From the NCBI RefSeq assembly GCF_048403405.1, contig NZ_CP183129.1: a DNA stretch of 64,000 nt; one strand, given 5' to 3'. Below, in pieces: positions 1 through 12,138 of the stretch. This DNA is from Escherichia coli (GTDB taxonomy: Bacteria; Pseudomonadota; Gammaproteobacteria; Enterobacterales; Enterobacteriaceae). Position 1 is the stretch's first letter, and the number at the start of each line of letters is the position of its first letter. A model generated the notes under the pieces. It did no database searches. It saw only the letters and a program-made list of their open reading frames with translations, and was not told the origin of the DNA. Both the position numbers and the translations under genes were made by a program.

Positions 1-116
1 ACCGTTGAGTCATACCAGCAAACCGGGATACACGTTGCCCAGTCAATAATTGATTACTTCGCAGGAAGGGAGATAAAAAACGTGTTGTGAGTTCAGCGAA
101 CGAAGATTTTAAATAC

Positions 117-150
117 AAAAAAACCGCAATTTGTGGAACACATTGCGGTT
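117..150 (-). terminator. Rho-independent terminator at the 3' end of the tRNA-fMet operon
   Basis: Inverted repeat ccgcaat / attgcgg (plus 124-130 and 143-149) followed on the minus strand by a 7-nt U run (plus-strand A run 117-123), directly downstream of the last tRNA copy. Confidence 0.55.
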
Positions 151-168
151 TATCAGCATTCTAAGTAT

Positions 169-245
<77 letters not shown>

Positions 246-279
246 TCACCGTACTGCTTTTACTTCATCAAATTTTGAT

Positions 280-356
<77 letters not shown>

Positions 357-389
357 TCACCGTACTGCTTTACTTCATCAAATTTTAAT

Positions 390-466
<77 letters not shown>

Positions 467-472
467 TCCGTG

Positions 473-520
473 GATGCGCACTATACTCCGCTCGCGTTTT
501 CATGCAACCTTTTTTTTAAC
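473..520 (-). promoter_or_regulatory. Stable-RNA type sigma70 promoter for the tRNA-fMet operon
   Basis: Minus-strand TTGCAT (plus 502-507), 16-bp spacer, TATAGT (plus 480-485), GC-rich discriminator (gcgcatcc) before the tRNA 5' end, A-tract UP-like element upstream (plus 511-519). Confidence 0.5.
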
Positions 521-674
521 CCGATCACGGATTCGGCATGATTTTGAACAAAAACAAATCACTAAAGCCTATTTTTTGTGCAAAATTTGCGTCAGGGAGA
601 GGCTGCTCATTTCATTAAACGCGGTGGTTTGTTATCTTCGTTGCGCCTTATTTTTTAACCTGAAGAAGAGAACA

Positions 675-1772
675 ATGAAAGGACGTTGGGTAAAGTACCT
701 TCTTATGGGCACGGTTGTGGCAATGCTTGCCGCCTGCTCTTCCAAACCAACCGATCGCGGACAGCAATATAAAGACGGGAAATTTACCCAGCCTTTCTCT
801 CTGGTGAACCAGCCAGATGCCGTTGGCGCGCCGATTAACGCCGGTGATTTTGCCGAGCAAATTAATCATATTCGTAATTCGTCACCGCGTCTGTATGGCA
901 ACCAGAGTAATGTTTATAACGCGGTGCAAGAGTGGCTGCGCGCAGGCGGTGATACCCGCAATATGCGCCAGTTCGGCATTGATGCCTGGCAGATGGAAGG
1001 TGCCGACAACTATGGTAACGTGCAGTTTACAGGCTATTACACGCCGGTAATTCAGGCGCGCCATACCCGCCAGGGCGAGTTCCAGTATCCGATTTACCGT
1101 ATGCCGCCAAAACGTGGTCGTTTGCCGTCTCGTGCGGAGATCTACGCGGGGGCATTGAGCGATAAATACATCCTCGCTTACAGCAACTCCCTGATGGATA
1201 ACTTCATTATGGATGTGCAGGGTAGTGGGTATATCGACTTTGGTGATGGCAGTCCGCTTAACTTTTTCAGCTATGCAGGGAAAAACGGTCATGCCTATCG
1301 CAGCATTGGTAAGGTGCTGATCGACCGTGGCGAAGTGAAAAAAGAAGATATGTCGATGCAGGCGATTCGTCACTGGGGCGAAACACACAGTGAAGCCGAG
1401 GTTCGCGAGCTGCTGGAACAGAACCCGTCTTTCGTCTTCTTTAAACCGCAATCTTTTGCACCGGTGAAAGGGGCAAGTGCGGTGCCGCTGGTTGGCCGTG
1501 CTTCTGTTGCCTCCGATCGTTCAATTATTCCGCCAGGTACTACCTTGCTGGCAGAAGTGCCGCTGCTGGATAATAACGGCAAATTTAACGGTCAGTACGA
1601 ATTGCGTCTGATGGTGGCGCTGGATGTCGGTGGCGCAATCAAAGGCCAACACTTCGATATCTATCAAGGGATCGGGCCGGAAGCCGGGCACCGCGCAGGT
1701 TGGTACAACCACTATGGACGTGTCTGGGTGCTGAAAACGGCTCCGGGCGCAGGTAACGTCTTTAGCGGCTGA
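675..1772 (+). CDS. mltA: Membrane-bound lytic murein transglycosylase A (lipoprotein)
   Basis: 365-aa product MKGRWVKYLL...NVFSG with lipobox LAACSS matches MltA. Track ORF 393..1772 runs through the tRNA gene; true start is the ATG at 675. Confidence 0.93.
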   Translation: MKGRWVKYLLMGTVVAMLAACSSKPTDRGQQYKDGKFTQPFSLVNQPDAVGAPINAGDFAEQINHIRNSSPRLYGNQSNVYNAVQEWLRAGGDTRNMRQFGIDAWQMEGADNYGNVQFTGYYTPVIQARHTRQGEFQYPIYRMPPKRGRLPSRAEIYAGALSDKYILAYSNSLMDNFIMDVQGSGYIDFGDGSPLNFFSYAGKNGHAYRSIGKVLIDRGEVKKEDMSMQAIRHWGETHSEAEVRELLEQNPSFVFFKPQSFAPVKGASAVPLVGRASVASDRSIIPPGTTLLAEVPLLDNNGKFNGQYELRLMVALDVGGAIKGQHFDIYQGIGPEAGHRAGWYNHYGRVWVLKTAPGAGNVFSG

Positions 1773-1847
1773 TGTGATATTCTGTATGCCGTTTTTACGG
1801 ATACGACAGGGTGAGGGATAACCTCGCCCTTTTTATTCTGAGGTGCT

Positions 1848-2654
1848 ATGTCTGTGGTAATTAGTGATGCATGGCGTCAGCGTTTTGGTGGCACAGCGCG
1901 TCTGTATGGTGAAAAAGCGTTGCAACTGTTTGCTGACGCGCATATTTGTGTGGTCGGTATTGGCGGTGTCGGTTCCTGGGCGGCGGAAGCGCTGGCGCGC
2001 ACAGGGATTGGCGCAATCACGCTTATCGATATGGATGATGTGTGCGTCACCAATACCAATCGGCAAATTCATGCCCTGCGCGATAACGTTGGGCTGGCAA
2101 AAGCGGAAGTTATGGCGGAGCGTATTCGCCAGATTAACCCGGAGTGCCGTGTAACGGTGGTGGATGATTTCGTGACGCCGGATAACGTAGCGCAGTATAT
2201 GAGCGTGGGTTATTCGTACGTGATTGATGCCATTGATAGTGTACGGCCCAAAGCGGCGCTGATTGCTTATTGTCGGCGCAATAAAATCCCACTGGTCACA
2301 ACCGGTGGCGCGGGTGGGCAGATTGACCCGACGCAGATTCAGGTTACCGATCTGGCGAAAACGATTCAGGACCCGCTGGCGGCGAAGTTGCGTGAGCGCC
2401 TGAAAAGCGATTTTGGCATAGTGAAAAACAGTAAAGGTAAGCTCGGCGTGGATTGCGTGTTCTCTACCGAAGCATTGGTGTACCCGCAGTCAGACGGTAC
2501 GGTGTGTGCTATGAAAGCCACGGCGGAAGGGCCGAAGCGGATGGATTGTGCATCTGGATTTGGCGCGGCGACGATGGTGACCGCCACCTTTGGTTTTGTT
2601 GCGGTTTCTCATGCGCTGAAGAAGATGATGGCGAAAGCGGCCCGTCAGGGGTAA
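1848..2654 (+). CDS. tcdA: tRNA threonylcarbamoyladenosine dehydratase (E1-like, ThiF/MoeB family)
   Basis: 268 aa; Rossmann motif VVGIGGVGSW; matches TcdA (CsdL/YgdL); ATG start with RBS. Confidence 0.9.
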   Translation: MSVVISDAWRQRFGGTARLYGEKALQLFADAHICVVGIGGVGSWAAEALARTGIGAITLIDMDDVCVTNTNRQIHALRDNVGLAKAEVMAERIRQINPECRVTVVDDFVTPDNVAQYMSVGYSYVIDAIDSVRPKAALIAYCRRNKIPLVTTGGAGGQIDPTQIQVTDLAKTIQDPLAAKLRERLKSDFGIVKNSKGKLGVDCVFSTEALVYPQSDGTVCAMKATAEGPKRMDCASGFGAATMVTATFGFVAVSHALKKMMAKAARQG

Positions 2655-2660
2655 ACAATC

Positions 2661-2694
2661 AGGTCGGATGCGACGCGAACGTCTTATCCGACCT
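2661..2694. repeat. REP (repetitive extragenic palindromic) element between convergent tcdA and csdE
   Basis: aggtcggatgcgacgcgaacgtcttatccgacct, typical REP consensus with inverted arms. Confidence 0.7.
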
Positions 2695-2704
2695 GGTGCA
2701 GTGC

Positions 2705-3148
2705 TTAAACCTGCTTCGCCACAGCGATAATCGCCTCGCTTAACGCATTCAACCCCTGGCTGCGTGAGGCGCTAAGCTGCGCACGCAATCCCAGCTCATC
2801 AAACAATGCCAGCGGCGACTGTGCCTGCAATTCGGCGGCGGTTTTCCCCTCAACGGCAGTCAACAACACCGCCAGCAGGCCGCGCACAATGCGCCCTTCG
2901 CTGTCGCCAAAGAAGTGCATTTTACCGTTTTCAGCCACGGTATATCCCAGCCAGACGCGGTTTTCGCATCCGGCAATCTCTTTAGCCTGCGCTTTTAACT
3001 CGTCTGGCAAAGCCGGAAGCTGTTTCCCCAGCATGATCAACTGGCGATATTTATCTTCCCATTGCGTCAACGGTGCGAAGGTATTGCGTAACGTTTCTGC
3101 GGTTACGGTTGTGCCGAACGGATGTCCGGCGAATTGCGGGTTTGTCAT
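2705..3148 (-). CDS. csdE: Sulfur acceptor protein CsdE (SufE-like)
   Basis: 147 aa [14 protein letters not shown]..., matches CsdE; start overlaps csdA stop. Confidence 0.92.
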   Translation of the reverse strand: MTNPQFAGHPFGTTVTAETLRNTFAPLTQWEDKYRQLIMLGKQLPALPDELKAQAKEIAGCENRVWLGYTVAENGKMHFFGDSEGRIVRGLLAVLLTAVEGKTAAELQAQSPLALFDELGLRAQLSASRSQGLNALSEAIIAVAKQV

Positions 3149-4353
3149 TAATCCACCAATAATTCCAGCGCGCGGTCAACGGCATTCACCAGCGCATCCA
3201 CATCACTCTTTGTATTATATGGCGCAAAAGAGGCGCGCAGTGTGCCGGTTACGCCTAATTCTGCCAGTAGCGGCTGAGCGCAATGCTGCCCGGCGCGCAG
3301 GGCAATACCGTACTCCGCCAGCAGCGTCACCATATCGCTGTGATGAACGCCAGCAAAATCAAAGGCCAGCAGGCTGGAATCCTGGCAGCGAAATGAGCGG
3401 AAGCCAGGACGTTTTGCCAGCGCATCTTCCGCCAGCGTTGCTAAGCTACGGCTCCAGCTTTCTGCCTGGTTGATATCGTAATCTGCCAGCCATTCCAGCG
3501 CCGCGCTTAATCCTATGACACCAGCGACATTTGGCGTTCCGGCTTCCAGTTTCCACGGCGCAGATTGAGTCGTGAAGCCGTCAAAACTCACTTCGTGAAT
3601 CATTTTGCCGCCACCCAGCCAGGGTGACATCGCTTCCAGCAGTTCTGATTTGCCATACAGCACGCCGATACCCGTCGGGCCATACAGTTTGTGACCAGAG
3701 AAAGCATAGAAATCAATATCCAGTTGCTGAACATCTGCGGGGACATGCACCGCCCCCTGAGCACCATCAACCATCACCACCATCCCGGCTGAATGAGCAA
3801 AGGTAATCGCTCGCGCCAGATCCGGGCAACCGCCAGTGACGTTCGACATTTGTCCCAGAGCAAGAATTCGACTACGAGGTGTGATCAGTTCTGGCAACAA
3901 ATCGACATCCGGCAGTCGCTGCGCATTAAGCGGCAATTTCACCACTTTGGCTCCAGTTTGTTGGGCGACCATCAGCCAGGGGACGAGGTTGGCGTGGTGT
4001 TCTGCCACGCTGACAATAATCTCATCGCCCGGTTGCAGACGTGGACGCGCATAGCATTGTGCCACCATGTTGATGGATTCAGTGGTGCCGCGCGTCCAGA
4101 CGATAGTTTTGTCATCTGGTGCATTCAGTAATTGCGCCACTTTCTCTCGTGCAGCTTCATAACGCGCGGTCAGGCGTTGGGCTTCGGCAAACTGGCTGCG
4201 ATGGACGTTTCCGGCGCTCAGGCTGTAAAACTGTCGGGTGGCTTCAACCACGGCTTCAGGTTTAAGCGCGGTCGCGGCGCTGTCGAGATAGACGCCCGCA
4301 TCCTGAAGTGCGGGAAACTGGGCGCGAAACTGTGCGGGATTAAAAACGTTCAT
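3148..4353 (-). CDS. csdA: Cysteine desulfurase / sulfinate desulfinase CsdA (PLP-dependent)
   Basis: 401 aa starting [16 protein letters not shown]; PLP-lysine motif SGHKLYGP; start set at the internal ATG (4353) preceded by RBS gaggag rather than the TTG track start at 4389. Confidence 0.9.
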   Translation of the reverse strand: MNVFNPAQFRAQFPALQDAGVYLDSAATALKPEAVVEATRQFYSLSAGNVHRSQFAEAQRLTARYEAAREKVAQLLNAPDDKTIVWTRGTTESINMVAQCYARPRLQPGDEIIVSVAEHHANLVPWLMVAQQTGAKVVKLPLNAQRLPDVDLLPELITPRSRILALGQMSNVTGGCPDLARAITFAHSAGMVVMVDGAQGAVHVPADVQQLDIDFYAFSGHKLYGPTGIGVLYGKSELLEAMSPWLGGGKMIHEVSFDGFTTQSAPWKLEAGTPNVAGVIGLSAALEWLADYDINQAESWSRSLATLAEDALAKRPGFRSFRCQDSSLLAFDFAGVHHSDMVTLLAEYGIALRAGQHCAQPLLAELGVTGTLRASFAPYNTKSDVDALVNAVDRALELLVD

Positions 4354-4544
4354 GGTACTCCTCGGCTTGATGAACCGATCGTGACGCAAAATTCACTTTG
4401 ATACAAGGAGAGTGCTAACCATCAGAATTATCTGGATATCCTGGCGAAGCCGCGTAAGTAACATATGCTGAATAGTGTTAGGCGTTAATTTTAGCCTGTT
4501 AATCAATACTATTAAGATTTATTAATCGCTTTAAGGAGAAGATG

Positions 4545-4772
4545 ATGAAAAAGACTGCCGCAATTATTTCTGCCTGTATGCTGACTTTTGCCCTGAGCGC
4601 CTGTTCCGGTTCGAACTATGTGATGCACACCAATGACGGACGTACCATCGTCTCTGACGGCAAACCACAGACTGATAACGATACCGGTATGATTTCGTAT
4701 AAAGACGCTAATGGCAACAAACAGCAGATCAACCGTACTGACGTGAAAGAGATGGTCGAACTGGATCAGTAA
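4545..4772 (+). CDS. ygdI: Small lipoprotein YgdI (DUF903)
   Basis: 75 aa [22 protein letters not shown]... with lipobox; RBS aaggag 6 nt upstream of the second ATG. Confidence 0.85.
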   Translation: MKKTAAIISACMLTFALSACSGSNYVMHTNDGRTIVSDGKPQTDNDTGMISYKDANGNKQQINRTDVKEMVELDQ

Positions 4773-4788
4773 TTCGCGATCGCAAGGT

Positions 4789-4994
4789 AAAAAAAAGCAC
4801 CGCAATTAGGCGGTGCTACATTAATCACTATGGACAGACAGGGTAAATGTACAGGAAGTGAAAAAAGGTAGCTTTGCTACCATGGTCTGAATCGCAGACC
4901 AATTGCAAACACAACAACACAACATCACAACCGTAAGCCAAAAGTTCACCAGAACACGCATTCCGATAAAACTTTTCGTTCCGGCTCAGGAAGT
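4789..4994 (-). ncRNA. gcvB: GcvB small regulatory RNA (Hfq-dependent regulator of amino-acid and peptide transporter mRNAs)
   Basis: Minus strand reads ACTTCCTGAGCCGGAACGAAAAGTTTTATCGG...GTTGTGATGTTGTGTTGTTGTGTTTG...AGCACCGCCTAATTGCGGTGCTTTTTTTT, matching E. coli gcvB including the GU-rich R1 region and terminator; divergent from gcvA. Confidence 0.9.
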
Positions 4995-5122
4995 GCCGCC
5001 ACTATAGGTATTTGCTGGTAGAAGCTCAACGGACAATTTATAATGGCTCAGATTAAAAAAACTAATAGGTTACACAGTGTGATCTAATTGTTAAATTCAT
5101 TTAACATCAAAGTTTAAAAGCC

Positions 5123-6040
5123 ATGTCTAAACGATTACCACCGCTAAATGCCTTACGAGTTTTTGATGCCGCAGCACGCCATTTAAGTTTCACTCGCGCA
5201 GCAGAAGAGCTTTTTGTGACCCAGGCCGCAGTAAGTCATCAAATCAAGTCTCTTGAGGATTTTCTGGGGCTAAAACTGTTCCGCCGCCGTAATCGTTCAC
5301 TCCTGCTGACCGAGGAAGGTCAAAGCTATTTCCTCGATATCAAAGAGATATTTTCGCAATTAACCGAAGCGACGCGTAAACTCCAGGCCCGTAGCGCCAA
5401 GGGGGCGTTGACGGTCAGTTTACTCCCCAGTTTCGCCATTCATTGGTTGGTTCCGCGACTTTCCAGCTTTAATTCAGCTTATCCGGGAATTGACGTTCGA
5501 ATCCAGGCGGTTGATCGTCAGGAAGATAAGCTGGCGGATGATGTTGATGTGGCGATATTTTATGGTCGGGGCAACTGGCCGGGGCTACGGGTGGAAAAAC
5601 TTTACGCCGAATATTTATTGCCGGTGTGTTCGCCGCTACTGCTGACTGGCGAAAAACCCTTGAAGACCCCGGAAGATCTGGCTAAACATACGTTATTACA
5701 TGATGCGTCACGCCGTGACTGGCAGACATATACTCGCCAATTGGGGTTAAATCATATCAACGTTCAGCAAGGGCCAATTTTTAGCCATAGCGCCATGGTG
5801 CTGCAAGCGGCTATTCACGGGCAGGGAGTGGCGCTGGCAAATAACGTGATGGCGCAATCTGAAATCGAGGCCGGACGTCTTGTTTGCCCGTTTAATGATG
5901 TTCTGGTCAGTAAAAATGCTTTTTATCTGGTTTGTCATGACAGTCAGGCAGAACTGGGTAAAATAGCCGCCTTTCGTCAATGGATCCTGGCGAAAGCCGC
6001 TGCTGAACAAGAAAAATTCCGCTTTCGTTATGAACAATAA
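5123..6040 (+). CDS. gcvA: LysR-family transcriptional regulator of the glycine cleavage system
   Basis: 305 aa MSKRLPPLNALRVFDAAARHLSFTRAAEEL... matches GcvA; N-terminal HTH. Confidence 0.95.
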   Translation: MSKRLPPLNALRVFDAAARHLSFTRAAEELFVTQAAVSHQIKSLEDFLGLKLFRRRNRSLLLTEEGQSYFLDIKEIFSQLTEATRKLQARSAKGALTVSLLPSFAIHWLVPRLSSFNSAYPGIDVRIQAVDRQEDKLADDVDVAIFYGRGNWPGLRVEKLYAEYLLPVCSPLLLTGEKPLKTPEDLAKHTLLHDASRRDWQTYTRQLGLNHINVQQGPIFSHSAMVLQAAIHGQGVALANNVMAQSEIEAGRLVCPFNDVLVSKNAFYLVCHDSQAELGKIAAFRQWILAKAAAEQEKFRFRYEQ

Positions 6041-6058
6041 TTTACGTAGGGTACGACC

Positions 6059-6454
6059 ATGACCAGCCGTTTTATGCTGATTTTTGCCGCCATTAGCGGC
6101 TTCATTTTTGTGGCTCTGGGCGCTTTTGGCGCGCATGTGTTAAGTAAAACCATGGGGGCCGTTGAGATGGGCTGGATCCAGACCGGTCTCGAATACCAGG
6201 CGTTCCACACGCTGGCGATCTTAGGTCTGGCGGTGGCAATGCAGCGTCGCATCAGTATCTGGTTTTACTGGAGTAGCGTTTTCCTCGCGTTAGGCACGGT
6301 GCTGTTCAGCGGCAGCCTTTATTGCCTGGCGCTGTCCCATCTGCGTTTGTGGGCATTTGTCACACCGGTTGGCGGCGTGAGCTTCCTCGCGGGCTGGGCG
6401 TTAATGTTAGTTGGTGCTATCCGTTTAAAGCGCAAGGGCGTAAGTCATGAATAA
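6059..6454 (+). CDS. ygdD: Inner membrane protein YgdD (DUF423)
   Basis: 131 aa, four hydrophobic segments; position and sequence match YgdD. Confidence 0.85.
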   Translation: MTSRFMLIFAAISGFIFVALGAFGAHVLSKTMGAVEMGWIQTGLEYQAFHTLAILGLAVAMQRRISIWFYWSSVFLALGTVLFSGSLYCLALSHLRLWAFVTPVGGVSFLAGWALMLVGAIRLKRKGVSHE

Positions 6455-7547
6455 GGTTGTATTGCTGTGCCGTCCGGGCTTTGAAAAAGAGTGCGCCGCA
6501 GAAATTACCGATAAAGCCGGCCAGCGGGAAATTTTCGGTTTTGCCCGCGTGAAAGAGAATGCGGGTTATGTCATTTATGAATGTTATCAACCTGATGATG
6601 GCGATAAGTTAATCCGTGAGCTGCCGTTCAGTTCATTAATTTTTGCCCGCCAGTGGTTTGTGGTGGGGGAACTCCTGCAGCATTTGCCGCCAGAAGATCG
6701 TATTACTCCCATTGTCGGCATGTTACAGGGCGTAGTAGAGAAGGGCGGTGAACTGCGTGTTGAAGTTGCCGATACCAACGAAAGCAAAGAGTTGCTGAAA
6801 TTCTGCCGTAAATTCACCGTGCCGCTACGCGCTGCCTTGCGCGATGCGGGTGTGCTGGCGAACTATGAAACGCCGAAGCGTCCGGTTGTACATGTATTCT
6901 TTATTGCACCAGGCTGCTGCTATACCGGTTACTCATACAGCAACAATAATTCGCTGTTCTATATGGGCATTCCGCGCCTGAAATTTCCGGCAGATGCGCC
7001 GAGTCGTTCCACGCTTAAACTGGAAGAGGCATTTCATGTGTTTATTCCTGCGGATGAGTGGGATGAACGCCTGGCGAACGGGATGTGGGCGGTGGATTTA
7101 GGCGCTTGCCCAGGCGGCTGGACCTACCAACTGGTGAAGCGCAACATGTGGGTTTATTCCGTCGACAACGGCCCGATGGCGCAAAGTCTGATGGATACCG
7201 GACAGGTGACGTGGCTGCGGGAAGACGGTTTCAAATTCCGTCCGACACGCAGCAATATCTCCTGGATGGTATGCGATATGGTTGAAAAACCGGCGAAAGT
7301 TGCGGCATTGATGGCGCAGTGGCTGGTTAATGGCTGGTGCCGTGAAACCATTTTCAACCTCAAACTGCCGATGAAAAAACGCTACGAAGAAGTGTCACAC
7401 AATCTGGCGTATATTCAGGCACAGCTTGATGAACATGGCATAAATGCTCAGATTCAGGCGCGGCAGTTGTATCACGATCGCGAAGAAGTGACGGTGCACG
7501 TCCGCCGTATCTGGGCTGCGGTGGGTGGTCGTCGCGACGAGCGATAA
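6447..7547 (+). CDS. rlmM: 23S rRNA (cytidine2498-2'-O)-methyltransferase
   Basis: 366 aa [20 protein letters not shown]... matches RlmM (YgdE); overlaps ygdD by 8 nt. Confidence 0.92.
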   Translation: MNKVVLLCRPGFEKECAAEITDKAGQREIFGFARVKENAGYVIYECYQPDDGDKLIRELPFSSLIFARQWFVVGELLQHLPPEDRITPIVGMLQGVVEKGGELRVEVADTNESKELLKFCRKFTVPLRAALRDAGVLANYETPKRPVVHVFFIAPGCCYTGYSYSNNNSLFYMGIPRLKFPADAPSRSTLKLEEAFHVFIPADEWDERLANGMWAVDLGACPGGWTYQLVKRNMWVYSVDNGPMAQSLMDTGQVTWLREDGFKFRPTRSNISWMVCDMVEKPAKVAALMAQWLVNGWCRETIFNLKLPMKKRYEEVSHNLAYIQAQLDEHGINAQIQARQLYHDREEVTVHVRRIWAAVGGRRDER

Positions 7548-7590
7548 CAGGCAAGGCCGGGGCGTCGTCTCCGGCCTGCTACCCTTTCCG

Positions 7591-8322
7591 TCAGGCTGTT
7601 ACCAAAGAAGTTGCAACCTGGCGCTCATCAGAAATAATGTGCGTTACCTCATCCAGATGCCCGATGCGGGCTTCCCCTGAACGATTAAATTTACTTTTAT
7701 CAATCAATAACAACGATTGCGCGGCGCGTTTTAATAGCATTGATTTGTAATCAGCGTTGATGGCATTGGAGTCCCACAGTGCGCCGCTGCTATCGATCCC
7801 TTCACAAGAAAAAATAAACAGATCGATTTCCAGCGATTTAAGTTGGGAAATCAGCGAGGGATTGACGTAACAGCCATATTTGCGCTCAAGTGTGCCGCCG
7901 GAACTGATTAGTTGAATGCGTTCGCGTTTACCGAGTTCATGGCAAATCGGATGGCTATTGGTGAAGACCTGGATGTTGATGTCAGGCAACTGGCGTGCCA
8001 GATACCAGCAGGTTGAACTGGCGTCTAAGGCTATCACCATCCCTTCTTCAATCCACGCGAGCGCCTCGCGCGCGATATCTGCTTTATGCGCATAATGGCT
8101 TTTCAGCCGGATGTGAAAGGGATCGCCACTGTCTTGATTTTGACGGTGGATATATTTAGCGCGCCCATGATTGCGCAGAATTTTACCCTGCGTCTGTAAT
8201 TCATTGAGATCGCGACGAATGGTTTCTTTACTGACCTTTAGCTGTTCAGAAAGAGCTTCCGTGGTCAGGCTGGTATGGTTCAGCAGCAGGTCGACTATCG
8301 CTTGCTGGCGTGCCGCTTTCAT
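7591..8322 (-). CDS. fucR: DeoR-family activator of the fucose regulon
   Basis: Matches FucR; start set at the ATG (8322, MKAARQQAIV..., 243 aa) rather than the upstream GTG at 8331; N-terminal HTH, C-terminal sugar-phosphate binding domain. Confidence 0.88.
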   Translation of the reverse strand: MKAARQQAIVDLLLNHTSLTTEALSEQLKVSKETIRRDLNELQTQGKILRNHGRAKYIHRQNQDSGDPFHIRLKSHYAHKADIAREALAWIEEGMVIALDASSTCWYLARQLPDINIQVFTNSHPICHELGKRERIQLISSGGTLERKYGCYVNPSLISQLKSLEIDLFIFSCEGIDSSGALWDSNAINADYKSMLLKRAAQSLLLIDKSKFNRSGEARIGHLDEVTHIISDERQVATSLVTA

Positions 8323-8379
8323 ATTTTTCACCCCATCATTCGATAACCGCCCGCGTCATGCGGGCGTACCGGTATGAGA

Positions 8380-8802
8380 TTACGGTGTTACCCCTTTTTT
8401 TAAAAGAATATTCCCGTACTTCGCTCGTTCGCCTGTGATAACGATCGCAAAGGCTTTTTGCGCCCGTTCATAAAACGCAAAACGATTGATGCGGATGATG
8501 TCAGGACACGGGGCTTGTAGTGAAAGCGCATTACGGTAACGTCGTTCTACTTCAGGATCGAGAGTGTCACCTTCTACCGCCGCCATCATCACCAGCGGCG
8601 GTGCATAACTGTCCAGTTCAAATAACGGGATAATCGCCTGGAGCAAGTCGCTCACCAACAGGCCATCAGCGCGGATCACCTGCGGTCCCATCGAATGGGC
8701 GGGAAAGTGAGCATCGGAAAAAATAATTTCATCTCCATGTCCCATCTCTGCCAGCACTTTCAATAGTTCGGGAGAAATTAACGGCGAAATTGTTTTCAGC
8801 AT
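8380..8802 (-). CDS. fucU: L-fucose mutarotase
   Basis: 140 aa [26 protein letters not shown]... matches FucU (RbsD/FucU family). Confidence 0.93.
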
Positions 8803-8803
8803 T

Positions 8804-10222
8804 TCACACTTCCTCTATAAATTCAGGTTCAGTTTGCGGGTAGAAATAACGGTACTGATAATGAATCTGTGCACGGGCTTCTTCCGGGCTGTTAAATTCC
8901 CCTACGCCATACCAACCGAACAGCGCAGCTCCTGCGACGGTCGTTTCGGCATCGTCGAGAACTTTTACCGGAATATCAAGCATATTGGCTTTAATCTGAT
9001 TCCACAATGTGTTGCGACTTCCTCCGCCGACTAACAATAATTCAGAGGCTTTAAAGTGCCCGATTTTTTCCAGCATCTGTAGATTGCGCTGTAATTGCGC
9101 AGTTAACCCTTCCAGCGCCGCGCGATAGAAATGCCCCCGCGTGGTATTAAGCGTCACTCCTTGCCAGCCAGCGTTCTGACACGACAATAAATCACACTGC
9201 ATTTTCACACCATCCGCGCCAGGTGCGATCAGACGAGCCTCTTCAATCAACATTTGCCAGGGAGTTTCAGCCGTCCAGAACAGCTTTCTCACCCATTCCA
9301 GCACGCCGGATGCCAGCCATTGCATACCTGGGTTATACAACCCTGCCTGACTATCCAGTTCGCAGGTCGAACCGGCGTACTGACTTAACAGCGAAGTATC
9401 AACCTGGGCGCTACGGACCATTAAAATTTCCCATGTACCGGAAGAGAGCACGGGTTCATTTTGTTCGGCACCAGCGCCAAAAAGGGCGAACTGGGTATCG
9501 TGACCTGCGGAAATCACCGGTATGCCAACGGGTAAGCCGAGCATTGCTGCGGCGCTGTTCTGTAACGTACCAATCTGTTCACCCGCTTCCACCAGACGAG
9601 GGAAGAGTCGGCGTGGAATACCGGTGGCTTGTAAAATTTGCGGACTGAAATCGCGTTGCTGGATATCCAGCATCTGGCTGGTTCCGGCCATCGTGATATC
9701 AGTAGTGAATTCGCCGGTTAAACGGTGGTTAATCAGCGACGAAATAAAGAGCCAGGCGTGCGCGCGTTCCAGCAGTTGTGGATGATTTTCTTTCAACCAC
9801 ACCAACTTATATAACGTATTGAAACTAAAGGCTCCGACTCCAGAAATAGCCTGCAACTGCTGTGCGGAGATCAACCGTTCAATATTGTCCATTACCGCTG
9901 CTGTTCGCGGACATTTCCAGCTAATGATCGGATAGAGCAGATTGTTTTGCTTATCTACCAGAGCGCCATCCACACCAAAGGTGGTGACGGCGATACCGCG
10001 GATGTGGCAATCAGTCAGTTCACTATTGATTTGCCGACAGCAATCAGCAAAGCGTTGCAAAATGGCGGCTAAAGACCACTGGTGCCAGGTGTTGTTTTCC
10101 ATCGCGATATCGCTGGCATTAGGCGTTGAGGCGCGGGCAACAATTTTTCCCTGCCGATTAACCGCGATGGCCCTGACATTGGTCGCGCCACAGTCGAGTA
10201 CCAGGATAACTTCTTGTTTCAT
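8804..10222 (-). CDS. fucK: L-fuculokinase (FGGY family)
   Basis: Matches FucK; start set at the ATG at 10222 ([18 protein letters not shown], 472 aa) with strong RBS aggag 7 nt upstream; the track start at 10252 lies inside an upstream hairpin. Confidence 0.9.
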
Positions 10223-10240
10223 AATCGCTCCTGCAATATA

Positions 10241-10264
10241 GCCGGATAACATTGTTTATCCGGC
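10241..10264. repeat. Perfect hairpin palindrome in the fucI-fucK intergenic spacer
   Basis: gccggataa cattgt ttatccggc; a second inverted repeat gcccgg...ccgggc follows at about 10285-10309; REP-like mRNA stability element. Confidence 0.5.
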
Positions 10265-10330
10265 TAACCACTCTTGCTTGTTCAGGCCCGGTAGCCGGAG
10301 CGACCGGGCATCACATCAGGGAGTAATGTA

Positions 10331-12106
10331 TTAACGCTTGTACAACGGGCCGTAGTTCTGGCAAGCGCGGTAATCCTGGCCTTCAATATCCATGCCGTGC
10401 GCGGCCCAGGCAGAAGGACGATATACTTTGGTCTCTTCAACGTTGTGCATACATACCGGGATACGCAGCATGGAGGCGAGAGTGATAAAGTCTGCGCCAA
10501 CGTGGCCGATGGTTAGAACCCCGTGGTTAGCGCCCCAGTTCGCCATTACCGAGTACACATCCGTAAACGGCCCTTTACCGGTGAGGCGCGGTGCAAACCA
10601 GGTGGTTGGCCAGGTTGAGTTGGTGCGTTTGTTGAGGATGTCATGCACATCATTCGGTAACTCAACGCTCCAGCCTTCCGCGATTTGCAGTACCGGGCCC
10701 AGGCCTTTGATGATGTTGACACGGGTCATGGTGAACGGGACGCCGCCTTCGGTAAGGAAGCGGGAAGAGTAACCGCCGCCACGGAAGTATTCGTGGATCG
10801 CCGGGCACCATTCGGTAGCGGCGAGGCAAGCGTCAGCCTCTTGCTGAGAGATTTCCCAGTGTGGCTTCATCGTCGGGTTACCTTCGCTGTCGCGTTGTTT
10901 ACAGGAACCGTCCAGCGCAGCAGAACCGGAGTTGATCAAATGGATGATGCCGTGTTCTGCCAGTCCATCCAGTTTATGCCCCGTTACACGTTCAATTGCT
11001 TCTGGTGACCAGTAGGTACGCACATCGGCAAATACCTGAGCGGTGCCGGTGAGCTGGTGACCCATTAGCATTGCCACGCCGTTAAGACTGTCGTTTTCAG
11101 TCGCCACGACAAAGGGTTCGCGCACGCCATTCCAGTCAAATGAACTGTTGAGGATCGCTTCGGCGGTGTCACCATTGGGATATTGATCGGTCCAGTGACG
11201 TTGCCCCTGGAAGCCCGCAGCGATGGCGTTGTAGCCAAGTGATTCTTCCACGCGACCGATATCGGCCAGTTTGCTGTTGCCTTGCATCATGTCGCGGATA
11301 CACATCGCCATCAGTAAACTTTCGCGCAGAACTGCGCGGCTTTGCTCGGCATTTCGTTGATACTGTTTGTTATTTTCATCTTCGCCATAGCGGAAGTTTT
11401 TATCAGCCCAGGCCAGCGCCATTTCCAGTTCGGCTTCGTCGTAAATCTTCTGATCGATACGGCGACGCAGTTCGGTCATATCCACCGCCTGGACTTTCAT
11501 TCCCAGCCAGGATTCAAAGAAGTTGTGATCAACGATGGAACCAGCGATACCCATCGAAACGCCGCCCAGCGACAGATAGCTTTTACCTTTCATGCTGGCG
11601 ACGGCCAAACCGGCGCGGGCAAAGCGCAGCAGTTTTTCTTCAACATCGGCAGGAATCGATGTGTCATCGGCATCCTGAACGTCATGACCGTAAATGGAGA
11701 ATGCCGGGATGCCTTTCTGGCTGTGAGCTGCCAGAGCCGCTGCCAGGTAAACAGCGCCGGGACGTTCAGTGCCGTTAAAGCCCCAAATGGCTTTCGGGCG
11801 GGTTGGATCCATGTCGATGGTTTCACTGCCATAGCACCAGCAAGGCGTTACCGTAATGGTGAGGCCTACATTCTGGCTGCTGAATTTTTCTTCGCAAGCA
11901 GCGGCTTCAGCCATACCCGCGATACAGGTATCGGAAATGACACACTCGACGGCAGCTCCGCAGGCATGGCGCAGTTTCTCGGTCAGCAATGCAGCCGTGG
12001 CTTTCGCCATATTCATTGTTTGTTCTTCAAGCGACTCACGAACACCCATGCGACGACCGTCAATAACCGGGCGGATACCAATTTTCGGTAAGCTGATTTT
12101 TTTCAT
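10331..12106 (-). CDS. fucI: L-fucose isomerase
   Basis: 591 aa [19 protein letters not shown]... matches FucI. Confidence 0.95.
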   Translation of the reverse strand: MKKISLPKIGIRPVIDGRRMGVRESLEEQTMNMAKATAALLTEKLRHACGAAVECVISDTCIAGMAEAAACEEKFSSQNVGLTITVTPCWCYGSETIDMDPTRPKAIWGFNGTERPGAVYLAAALAAHSQKGIPAFSIYGHDVQDADDTSIPADVEEKLLRFARAGLAVASMKGKSYLSLGGVSMGIAGSIVDHNFFESWLGMKVQAVDMTELRRRIDQKIYDEAELEMALAWADKNFRYGEDENNKQYQRNAEQSRAVLRESLLMAMCIRDMMQGNSKLADIGRVEESLGYNAIAAGFQGQRHWTDQYPNGDTAEAILNSSFDWNGVREPFVVATENDSLNGVAMLMGHQLTGTAQVFADVRTYWSPEAIERVTGHKLDGLAEHGIIHLINSGSAALDGSCKQRDSEGNPTMKPHWEISQQEADACLAATEWCPAIHEYFRGGGYSSRFLTEGGVPFTMTRVNIIKGLGPVLQIAEGWSVELPNDVHDILNKRTNSTWPTTWFAPRLTGKGPFTDVYSVMANWGANHGVLTIGHVGADFITLASMLRIPVCMHNVEETKVYRPSAWAAHGMDIEGQDYRACQNYGPLYKR

Positions 12107-12138
12107 TACTGATTCCTCACTTTATTCGGAAAATATGT

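Noticed and set aside
1-116. Possible 5' end of amiC on the minus strand at the left edge
   Set aside because: No recognisable AmiC N-terminus in the 116 bp available; left unannotated
4512-4805. 97-aa minus-strand ORF
   Set aside because: Antisense to ygdI and overlapping the gcvB terminator
11342-12091. 249-aa plus-strand ORF
   Set aside because: Antisense to fucI
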